Shown piece by piece: positions 9,697 through 17,015 of a stretch of 64,000 nucleotides of DNA. This DNA comes from Kiritimatiellia bacterium. GTDB lineage: Bacteria > Verrucomicrobiota > Kiritimatiellia > RFP12 > UBA1067. The stretch covers positions 31,558 through 95,557 of the forward strand of contig JAZLMG010000039.1 of NCBI GenBank assembly GCA_045598585.1, given 5' to 3'. The notes under the pieces were generated by a model. It saw only the letters and a list, made by a program, of their open reading frames with translations, ran no database searches and was not told the origin of the DNA. The stretch's first letter is position 1; every line of letters begins with the position of its first letter. Made by a program: the position numbers and the translations under genes.

Positions 9697-10860
9697 TTAA
9701 GTCAAGCGGCGTATTAGCCTCTTTGTAGATTTCACATCTTGCGGATAGTCCCCATTGGGGTTCTTTAAAATAACGTAATGCGTAGCTCGCGCCTGACCGA
9801 CACGCTCGAGCATCCTCGCTTTGATAAGCGCTTCAATTTCTCTTCCGGCCGTATCTTGCGAAACCTTGCAAATCTTCGCCCACTTGGAGGAAGTCATTTT
9901 ACCCTCGAACCCATCCAGTAACGCGTTCAGCATTCTACGCTGGTTATCGTTAATGGAGACTTCACGGTAGCGCTGCCAAAATTCGGCCTTGAAAAGAATC
10001 TTTTCAAGCTTCGCGTCCGCCAGTTCCAAGGCCCTACGATGACAAAGCAAAAACCACTTTATCCACCCGGTAACATCCATTGTGTTTCGCTGCGCATGTT
10101 CGATTTCTTCGTAATAAGCGTTTTTCTCACGCTGAATTTCGGAAGATAACGAATAAAAGCGAAGCGCACTTTGTTCACCGCGCGCAAGGACCCACTCCGT
10201 CAAAGCCCGCGCAAGTCGTCCATTCCCATCCTCAAAAGGATGGATTGTCAGAAATCTTAGATGGGATAACGCCGCTTTGACCAGCATCGGCAGTTTCTGA
10301 TCTTCATTTAACCAAGTTATGAATGAAGCCATTTCCACTGCGAGCCGTTCCGCTCCCGGCGCTTCAAAATGAGTCCGCATAAGCGAACCATGACGACTGA
10401 CGACTTGCATTGGACCTTCCGAGTCATCGCGATAATTGCCGGCATTGAGCTTTGTGAGTCCCGAATATCCGGTAGGGAAAAGTGCCGCGTGCCAACTTTT
10501 AAGCCGCTCTTCACTCATCGCTCGATCCCAACCACGCGTCGCATCAAGTATCATCTCGACTCTTGCATCCAGAACATGATTCTCTGCTTGAGCGCCGGTA
10601 TAGGCGATTTCCATCCGCCGCGCTACGCTGGAGCGAACATCCTCTCGATTCAGCACTTCACCTTCGATTGCGGCAGAATTGACGATTTCTTCACTTAAAG
10701 TCTCGAAACCCGCTTGATTTCCGAGCTCAAACCCTATTCCGGTAAGACGACCTAGAAAACGACCGTAACGAAAAGCACAATCCGAAAGAACTTCTTGAAG
10801 TTCCTCCGCTCGCCATGTGAAGTTCGGCCACTTATTATCTTGCCAAATGTATTTAGCCAT
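9697..10860 (-). CDS. Fic family protein (class II, N-terminal inhibitory helix) with C-terminal winged-helix-like domain
   Basis: 387 aa. Fic motif HPFEDGNGRLAR, inhibitory-helix-type motif SAAIEG ([ST]xxxE[GN]) about 140 aa upstream of it, and a C-terminal DNA-binding-like tail (KWAKICKVSQDTAGREIEALI). Confidence 0.85.
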   Translation of the reverse strand: MAKYIWQDNKWPNFTWRAEELQEVLSDCAFRYGRFLGRLTGIGFELGNQAGFETLSEEIVNSAAIEGEVLNREDVRSSVARRMEIAYTGAQAENHVLDARVEMILDATRGWDRAMSEERLKSWHAALFPTGYSGLTKLNAGNYRDDSEGPMQVVSRHGSLMRTHFEAPGAERLAVEMASFITWLNEDQKLPMLVKAALSHLRFLTIHPFEDGNGRLARALTEWVLARGEQSALRFYSLSSEIQREKNAYYEEIEHAQRNTMDVTGWIKWFLLCHRRALELADAKLEKILFKAEFWQRYREVSINDNQRRMLNALLDGFEGKMTSSKWAKICKVSQDTAGREIEALIKARMLERVGQARATHYVILKNPNGDYPQDVKSTKRLIRRLT

Positions 10861-11044
10861 CAGAATCTCCGCTAATTATGCGGATATTATACCATTTAAT
10901 CTCCGCACCGTCAACCCCGACACGCGTTTTTAGAGCCAATCCCACTTGGGTTTTAACGCGCCTTGTCAACGGCAAAGACATCTCGGGCGTAGTTACAAAC
11001 CTTACGCCCAAGAGCTCTCGCACCGATGATAATCAATCGAGTCA

Positions 11045-11320
11045 TTACATCATCTCCCCATGCGATGCGCGGCATCGATCACCGACAACAAATAGCGTAT
11101 CCCGCCCTAGGGACGAATCATATTTGTTATATAGATTTATCAAACTCGCACGACTCTCGCCGAAGAGACCGGACTTGCGATTCTTAAGACGAAGATAAAA
11201 ACCCGAGTGGTAGATTCGATCCAGAGCATCCGTTTCGCTTAGTTTCTCGGAGCGAACAAGGTGTGCCGCTACTTCTTCAACCGCACACTCGACAAGATAT
11301 TCAAAAACACTGTCAGACAC
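11045..11320 (-). CDS. DUF3791-like small protein (second copy); proposed GTG start
   Basis: C-terminal 91 codons of ORF 11045-11500. GTG at 11320-11318 overlaps the DUF3990 stop (GTGTCTGA). The sequence VSDSVFEYLVECAVEEVA...DALDRIYHSGFYLRLKNRKSGLFGES resembles the second DUF3791-type partner usually found next to DUF3990. Confidence 0.45.
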   Translation of the reverse strand: MSDSVFEYLVECAVEEVAAHLVRSEKLSETDALDRIYHSGFYLRLKNRKSGLFGESRASLINLYNKYDSSLGRDTLFVVGDRCRASHGEMM

Positions 11321-11822
11321 GCTTCGCCTCCTTGAATACCAACTTGGAGAGTCCCCTTGCAGTATGAAACGAATATTGCATTGTAAGCTTCTTGTAGCGT
11401 AACTCCTCAACAATGCGCTCAATCGGCCAAATGCCTCGCTCGAACATCTTAAAAAGGCCAACCATCTTATCATCCGCAACAGGCCCGACGACCAAGTCAT
11501 ATCGATTATCTCTATTGTGATCGGCTGCCCTTAATCGCGGTGTACGATTGGCCATAACGAATCTAGCGCACTCTTCGTTCAACGGAGTTGGAAAACGCTT
11601 TACTTCAAGATCATCAATCTTACTCTCATCAAGCAAAAAAGTAAGCACATATCGAGGCCCACCTGCCCAACCATCACGCTCATTCGCGCGCTCGGCCATT
11701 CTTTTCGCAGCGGCCAAGTCAGGGGTCAAGTAAAATCCACGTCCGAAATCTTTACTCGGATTGCACTTCGTCAAATCCGGAACATCAAATAAAATATTCG
11801 TGCCATGATAAAGCTTAATCAA
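11313..11822 (-). CDS. DUF3990 domain protein (possible ADP-ribosyltransferase-fold toxin-like protein)
   Basis: 169 aa. The N-terminus MIKLYHGTNILFDVPD...DFGRGFYLTPDLAAAKRMA is typical of DUF3990 as I recall it. 4-nt overlap with the upstream DUF3791 gene. Confidence 0.65.
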   Translation of the reverse strand: MIKLYHGTNILFDVPDLTKCNPSKDFGRGFYLTPDLAAAKRMAERANERDGWAGGPRYVLTFLLDESKIDDLEVKRFPTPLNEECARFVMANRTPRLRAADHNRDNRYDLVVGPVADDKMVGLFKMFERGIWPIERIVEELRYKKLTMQYSFHTARGLSKLVFKEAKRV

Positions 11823-12043
11823 AGCTTACCTCCATGTCGACGGCAAACGATCGATAAGTCTTTTACGGCATCATCATACGATACCGTGTGCTCCGCTTCG
11901 TAACATTTAGTGAGAAACGCCATTCCTTGATAACGCTTGAGGTAATCGAATGCAGCCACTTCGGAAAGCCCATACGCGCCGGCGAACTCTCGTACGCAAG
12001 CGACAAAATATGACAAACGATTAGCTAGCATTAAATTACTCAT
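11819..12043 (-). CDS. DUF3791 domain small protein
   Basis: 74 aa. The FVACVREFAGAYGLSEVAAFDYLKRYQGMAFLTKCYEAEHTVSYDDAVKDL pattern matches my recollection of DUF3791. Confidence 0.6.
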   Translation of the reverse strand: MSNLMLANRLSYFVACVREFAGAYGLSEVAAFDYLKRYQGMAFLTKCYEAEHTVSYDDAVKDLSIVCRRHGGKL

Positions 12044-12051
12044 TCGTCTAT

Positions 12052-12060
12052 ATTATATCA
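12052..12060 (-). promoter_or_regulatory. Extended -10 TGATATAAT, 8 nt upstream of ATG 12043 (leaderless-type)
   Basis: Reverse complement of 12052-12060 is TGATATAAT. Only 8 nt lie between it and the start codon. Confidence 0.45.
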
Positions 12061-12087
12061 TATATCATCGAGATTACGCAAGACTAA

Positions 12088-12240
12088 TCACAATTTTCCG
12101 CTTAATTCTACTGCGCGGCCTTGCCGAGATGCGGACGATAAAAAAAAACAGTCTTTAAACGTTTGTGCGATAATGCACTCAATAGCGTGCGGCAAATACT
12201 CACGTCGATTGTAAGTCGGCATTAAAACGTCGATCTTCAT
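12088..12240 (-). pseudogene. Truncated N-terminal remnant of a family-2 glycosyltransferase gene
   Basis: Hand translation gives MKIDVLMPTYNRREYLPHAIECIIAQTFKDCFFLSSASRQGRAVELSGKL*. The first 30 aa match a canonical GT2 N-terminus. Similarity is lost at an A9 tract (12140-12148, T9 on the coding strand), and no frame continues as a long ORF. Confidence 0.5.
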
Positions 12241-12252
12241 CGAATATCGTAT

Positions 12253-13077
12253 TTACCACGAATTTGTTCCGTAAGTCTTACAGAGGTTTTTGCAAATGCT
12301 TTTGCAAATCTTATATTTCTTTTGCGCTAGCCACGACATCTTCTTGATATCGTCGATTCCCAAATACTTGGCGAGGGTAGCGAAGGTAACACTTCTATCG
12401 GTAAGTCGCGCAATAATTCTTGCTCTTAAAGTTTCGTCAAGCTTCGCCATCATCCTAGCGTGCTCCTCGATGGGATCGACCTGTGAGCTAATGCCGTAGC
12501 AGTCGTAATTGCACACAACTCCCGGAACATACTTAAAATCGACGCCCTTATCTGCGAATTCAAGCCATTTTGCCCAGTCTGCAAAAACACCAAGCGTTGT
12601 CGAGTATTCACTCTTCTTTAATAGCTCTGCCTTGATGAACATCGCCTGATGGCATATATTCCTCTCGCAGAAGAAGTTGAAGTCCGCTTCTTTAGGACCC
12701 TTGCAAGTGCGCATGGAGTCTTTGCGTACCTCGTTCCAATCCCCGTAGACAACGCCCACTCCGCAACAATAGGGAGAAATTCTCGCAAGAACTTCCGTCG
12801 AAGCGAAAGTATCGCCGGAATTCATGAAAATGAGGTACTCGCCCATAGCCTTGCGAATCCCCTTGTTCATCGCGTCGTAGATGCCACCATCGCGCATGCT
12901 CTCCCAATAGGACACCTTATCTCCCAAACTTTCGAGATATTCTTTCGTACCATCCGAGCTGTCGCCATCAAAGATAAGCCACTCATAATCGCGCGATGTT
13001 TGTGCGAGCACCAACTCTGCCGTCTTTTTAAGACCTTCGAGATTGTTAAAGCAAACTGTAATGACCGAATATTTCAT
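12253..13077 (-). CDS. Glycosyltransferase family 2
   Basis: MKYSVITVCFNNLEGLKKTAELVLAQTSRDYEWLIFDGDSSDGT is a GT2 signature. The start was chosen at M7 (ATG 13077), which forms an ATGA overlap with the upstream stop. Confidence 0.8.
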   Translation of the reverse strand: MKYSVITVCFNNLEGLKKTAELVLAQTSRDYEWLIFDGDSSDGTKEYLESLGDKVSYWESMRDGGIYDAMNKGIRKAMGEYLIFMNSGDTFASTEVLARISPYCCGVGVVYGDWNEVRKDSMRTCKGPKEADFNFFCERNICHQAMFIKAELLKKSEYSTTLGVFADWAKWLEFADKGVDFKYVPGVVCNYDCYGISSQVDPIEEHARMMAKLDETLRARIIARLTDRSVTFATLAKYLGIDDIKKMSWLAQKKYKICKSICKNLCKTYGTNSW

Positions 13078-14969
13078 GCCAAGGCCTTCTCCCATGCGAG
13101 TACGATACTTTCGACCAACTCAAGATCTTCCCGATAGGATTTTTTATACTTACGCTTATTGATACCGCATTTGGCGAGCAGTCGCTTGAACTTCAATTTC
13201 CTCAGCCGCTTTTTGAGGCGCTTCAGTTCTTTTTTCGGCCCCAAACCGCAATGCTTCGGCCGACAAGCGTGCTTGAACAATTCTTTCCTAAGTTTACCTA
13301 CTTCCTCAGTACCCGGGAAATTCTCGAGGCACTTCAAAAGCGAATAATCGTCATTCCACCTACCAATCCCTAACGCATAACTCTCTCCGAGCGCCATCAA
13401 GATACAAGTCGGCAGGTAATGATGTCTGAGCGTAAGTTCGTTGTATATGAGTTCTTCGCCACCCGCCGGGATTGCGAACTGGAAATCGATAAGTTTAAGC
13501 TTGCCGTTTCTATCGACGAGCAAATTCCGAGGTCTTATGTCGCGATGCACGATACCGCTTGCACGCAGATCGGTAGCCAATTTACCGATTTGCACGGCGA
13601 TTTTATCGGCCTCTTCCTTATCGAGTTTACCTTCGGCAAGAATGGAGCCAAGCATCCTTCCTTCAATAAATTCCGTCACAATGATGCTACCACCGATTTT
13701 CAATTTATGCCAGAAAAACGGTTTTGCGACCAAGTCACACCCTTTTTCGATAAGCTTGAGCGGGATTTTCCATTCTTCCCTCGCATAATTGCCGATCGTA
13801 GGATAATACTTGATAAAGCAAGGCCTCCCCTCGTATTTGCCGCGGAAGAACCGCGAACGAATTACATTATACGGCTGAATGGAATCGAGGCAATACGGCA
13901 CCACTTCGCTGAACGGCCCACAAGCTTCGATCTCCGCGGCAAGCTTACGCCAATGAACATTCTCTTCGTTGAAAAGAACCGTTTCGTCTACACACTTCGT
14001 CACTTCGTAGCCGTTCCTTTTCAAGAACTTCTCGAGTTCCAATAGCCAAGCATCGTAATTTTCGCCCCCAATGCCGGCCACTTTCGCCATTGCCGCGGCC
14101 TTCTCGTGGTAGTCTACTGCAATCGACTTCTTTTGATAGAGGGCATGATAAACGAGCGCGTAAAAGGCATCTTCCGGCGAAAGCAAGTTGACGCCGTTCA
14201 CATTTCGGCGATTTCGGAGCATCGCCTCTTCCCATTCGCGGCAATAATAATCATCGCCTATGTATCGGAAATCAAAGCGAACGGGCTCACCCGCAACCAT
14301 GACCTCGTAGTGGACTCTGGTTGGCTCGGGGAACACTTTCTTCGCTCCCAAAAGCGAGGCGCACTGAATGGCATCCGGAACGAGTAAATCGATATCACCA
14401 TGCACGGATGGATCGAAGCCATCGGGAAGCATCTCGGCATTACGCAAAACGACATACGGGATAAGCGGGTCGAGAAACGCGAACAATTCGCGAAGCGATG
14501 CCCAACCGCCATGACCCGGAAGGACTTTAAGCTCGCCTTCCGGAAGCCCCTTTTCCCACTCTTCAGCGGCGTGATTCGTCAAAAGCTTGATATCGCGGCA
14601 AAATTCTTCCGGGGAATTGGTCGTGTGAACTTTATGTCCACCGCCCGTCCAAGCACGATAAAGATTCTTGAGCGCGAAGAGATTGGTATTGACTCTTTCC
14701 AACCCGCGAGAGGTATCCTCATAAGAATAAACGGGATTGTTGTCGCGAACTACCACATAGCGGAACGCGCCTTCTCCACATTCCATCACCTTGCCCTTCG
14801 CTTCGGGCAAATTCGCGCCGTAAAACTCGCCGAAACAAGTCTCCACGTCTCCGGGCCAAGCGAGGATCCCAGTCGCGACGATTTCGAGCTTGGTCTTGAT
14901 ATCCGCAAGAATCTTCTCCTCGGCGGCTCTCGCTTTCTCCCACAACACTATCAAATGCAATTCCGGCAT
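13074..14969 (-). CDS. Multidomain protein: unknown N-terminal domain, nucleotidyltransferase-like middle (HGDIDLLVPD), protein-kinase-like C-terminal domain (HRDIRPRN, IDFQ), basic tail
   Basis: ORF trimmed to ATG 14969 (GAGG 10 nt upstream). The kinase catalytic-loop motif IVHRDIRPRNLLVDRNGKLKLIDFQFA is encoded at about 13470-13553, and HGDIDLLV at about 14385-14408. Confidence 0.5.
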   Translation of the reverse strand: MPELHLIVLWEKARAAEEKILADIKTKLEIVATGILAWPGDVETCFGEFYGANLPEAKGKVMECGEGAFRYVVVRDNNPVYSYEDTSRGLERVNTNLFALKNLYRAWTGGGHKVHTTNSPEEFCRDIKLLTNHAAEEWEKGLPEGELKVLPGHGGWASLRELFAFLDPLIPYVVLRNAEMLPDGFDPSVHGDIDLLVPDAIQCASLLGAKKVFPEPTRVHYEVMVAGEPVRFDFRYIGDDYYCREWEEAMLRNRRNVNGVNLLSPEDAFYALVYHALYQKKSIAVDYHEKAAAMAKVAGIGGENYDAWLLELEKFLKRNGYEVTKCVDETVLFNEENVHWRKLAAEIEACGPFSEVVPYCLDSIQPYNVIRSRFFRGKYEGRPCFIKYYPTIGNYAREEWKIPLKLIEKGCDLVAKPFFWHKLKIGGSIIVTEFIEGRMLGSILAEGKLDKEEADKIAVQIGKLATDLRASGIVHRDIRPRNLLVDRNGKLKLIDFQFAIPAGGEELIYNELTLRHHYLPTCILMALGESYALGIGRWNDDYSLLKCLENFPGTEEVGKLRKELFKHACRPKHCGLGPKKELKRLKKRLRKLKFKRLLAKCGINKRKYKKSYREDLELVESIVLAWEKALA

Positions 14970-15000
14970 CCTATACCTCGCTTCGCAAAACCAAATCGGT

Positions 15001-15876
15001 TTACGATTTAGATCTCCAGATAGGAATTTTGCAAACTTTAGTGAGATAGCATCCGCTATTCGTGGCCTTTTTTCGATAGAAGAAATATCCAATTTTGCGC
15101 ATTGCATACATAATATCCCGATGGCGGATATATTTCAGCAAGTTTTCTTCTCCTTGCCACGCGGTGATCTTTCCCTTCGAGCTCGCAATTGCCCCGAATG
15201 CCCGTTCAAAAACATGGGCGATGCTATGCTCGTGATTATTACCGCTCTTGAAATCTATCGCTTCAAGATCAAGCGTTTGAAAAGGTTTCAAGGTCGCGGG
15301 CTTCGCCACAAACATCGTACCGGCGACAAATGCCACTTTCTTACCGATTACATTCATGCCGAAATGCTCGCGGCAGAACTTTTCGACATCCAAATCCGTG
15401 CGAAATCTATCACAAATCTCTTCTTTTATTCGCCAAATGACGCGCATATCCGCTAGCATGGACGTCGTCTCCGCCAGAAACTCCTGCTCCACCTTCTTCC
15501 AGGTTTCCTCGGTTTCAAGGAACCCCAGCAAAACCATGCGCCATTTAGGCCCTCTCCATTCGTTGTTAAAATCCTCTTTATACTTGTCAACGTCGCGCTT
15601 CGTATGAAGCTTGATAATGCCTGTATATTTATCGAGATCAAGGGACTTTATCGTCTTCAAGAACGGGAGAATATCGTAGCCCTTATTCTCGACAATCTCG
15701 ATTTTCGCTTCGGGGAAAGACTTCAAGATATCGGCCTTTAGCCCCTCCTTATCCGCTATCGATTCGCTTAAGGTAAAGAAGAGATCAATAGGAGAAGTAA
15801 TATTCTTGATACGAGCTTTCAGTTCGTCCCATAAGTCGACGTAAAAGATATGAACTATTACGGCGTATTTCTTCAT
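15001..15876 (-). CDS. Rhamnan synthesis protein F (RgpF)-like glycosyltransferase
   Basis: 291 aa. The YAVIVHIFYVDLWDEL...ENKGYDILPFL...IIKLHTKRD pattern is typical of the RgpF family. Confidence 0.6.
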   Translation of the reverse strand: MKKYAVIVHIFYVDLWDELKARIKNITSPIDLFFTLSESIADKEGLKADILKSFPEAKIEIVENKGYDILPFLKTIKSLDLDKYTGIIKLHTKRDVDKYKEDFNNEWRGPKWRMVLLGFLETEETWKKVEQEFLAETTSMLADMRVIWRIKEEICDRFRTDLDVEKFCREHFGMNVIGKKVAFVAGTMFVAKPATLKPFQTLDLEAIDFKSGNNHEHSIAHVFERAFGAIASSKGKITAWQGEENLLKYIRHRDIMYAMRKIGYFFYRKKATNSGCYLTKVCKIPIWRSKS

Positions 15877-16685
15877 TTGAATTTCTCTTTCAAACGCGCG
15901 AGGTGATAGCCGAAAACATTCGTCGCGCCGACGCGCTTATAGCGAGCAAGCCGCTTCGCCTTCGCATGCGCGCGGCGCTCTTCTTTCGTGCGATAATCCT
16001 TGATCGAGAAACGCGAAGCGAGGAACTCGCCGACCATTGGAACATGAATCTCATGCGGCAAGGCATCGGATTTCGGATTCTTATAATCGAAGGTCCAACG
16101 CGTGATATTCTCCCCGAACGACTCTTCCTTCAAATCCTCAACGGCGCGGCCCTTCTCATACGAGAGAATAAGCATCTCGAAACGCGTCGGCGCAAAATTC
16201 GAATTAAGAAGCTCGAGCGCTTCGCGCGCACTTTCGAAAGGAGTTGGTCCTTGTGCGTTCGGACGGTCGACACGTAAGATAAGAACTCGCTTCGACTCGC
16301 GAATAAGCGCAAAAAGCCGCTCACGACGACGACGATATTTCTCCACGACTTTCGGAAGTTCCTTCGCGAAATCGCCGCCGACGGGAAAATCATGATTGAA
16401 TACGTAGCGCGTTTTAAAATTAAAGTAGACCTGCTTGCCGGTATTGGAAATCGTCTTCGTGGTGTTCAACGCGTCGGCCGCAAAGAAATCGCTCGAGGGC
16501 GAAAGGAGCATTTTCGCTCGATAGGCGATATCGTCCTCAATCGGCGGATTATCGGCATTGCCCCAGACAGGACCCGTCCAATCACCCGGAAAGGAAAGAT
16601 ACTGAAGACCCGCGCGTCGCAGCGATTCACTGCAACTACAGGCCATGCCCATTCCAAAGGCGAGGTCATATTTCTTTCTCTTCAT
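15873..16685 (-). CDS. DUF1796-like protein (A-type paralog 1)
   Basis: 270 aa. N-terminal motif YDLAFGMGMACSCSESLRRAGLQYLSFPGDW, C-terminal KDYRTKEERRA plus a basic tail. Paralogous to 17900-18694, 19618-21138 (N-terminal half) and 22060-22896. Confidence 0.5.
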   Translation of the reverse strand: MKRKKYDLAFGMGMACSCSESLRRAGLQYLSFPGDWTGPVWGNADNPPIEDDIAYRAKMLLSPSSDFFAADALNTTKTISNTGKQVYFNFKTRYVFNHDFPVGGDFAKELPKVVEKYRRRRERLFALIRESKRVLILRVDRPNAQGPTPFESAREALELLNSNFAPTRFEMLILSYEKGRAVEDLKEESFGENITRWTFDYKNPKSDALPHEIHVPMVGEFLASRFSIKDYRTKEERRAHAKAKRLARYKRVGATNVFGYHLARLKEKFK

Positions 16686-16712
16686 ATTCTATCGTTAACT
16701 CCTACATTTCAT

Positions 16713-16742
16713 ATTATATCATTTTCGCCGCGTTTTTGTCAT
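16713..16742 (-). promoter_or_regulatory. Promoter of gene 15873-16685: -35 ATGACA, 18-nt spacer, extended -10 TGATATAAT
   Basis: Minus-strand reading: ATGACA (16742-16737), TGATATAAT (16721-16713). A 27-nt leader with AGGAG precedes ATG 16685. Confidence 0.5.
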
Positions 16743-16913
16743 CAACATTTTGCCCACGGGAGAGAATTTCCGTGCGGCACGGGAAGATCGTTTCGTGCGG
16801 CACGAAAACTTCTTTCGGTGCGGCAGGGAATGCACGAGGGTTAGTTAGCGGGAGTGTTCACGTTAGGCGAAACGGGGATGCGATTCTAGCTTAGAATTAC
16901 GCGTACTCTAACC
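16737..16913. repeat. Copy A of a duplicated non-coding cassette (copy B at 61668-61913)
   Basis: 16737-16871 matches 61668-61802 at 134/135 positions (single mismatch at 16755/61686). 16881-16913 matches 61881-61913 at 33/33. Weaker similarity extends to about 16711 and 16941. Confidence 0.9.
16768..16836. promoter_or_regulatory. 3 x 23-bp tandem repeat, each unit carrying the palindrome CGTGC-G-GCACG (third unit degenerate); candidate operator/activator array
   Basis: Units: ttccgtgcggcacgggaagatcg / tttcgtgcggcacgaaaacttct / ttcggtgcggcagggaatgcacg. Palindrome cores at 16771-16781, 16794-16804 and 16817-16827. Site centres lie roughly 70, 93 and 116 bp upstream of the predicted minus-strand TSS. 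Confidence 0.6.
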
Positions 16914-16978
16914 GAGAAATTTCCGCCGCCTCGGGCGAGGATACCCGGCGGTTTGGAGGTGACACCTCGAAGGATTTA

Positions 16979-16987
16979 TGGTATAAT
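16979..16987 (+). promoter_or_regulatory. Extended -10 TGGTATAAT for gene 17016-17900
   Basis: TGGTATAAT at 16979-16987. A 28-nt leader containing AGGAG precedes ATG 17016. Confidence 0.45.
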
Positions 16988-17015
16988 ATAGAATGTTAGG
17001 AGTAAACGATTGATT

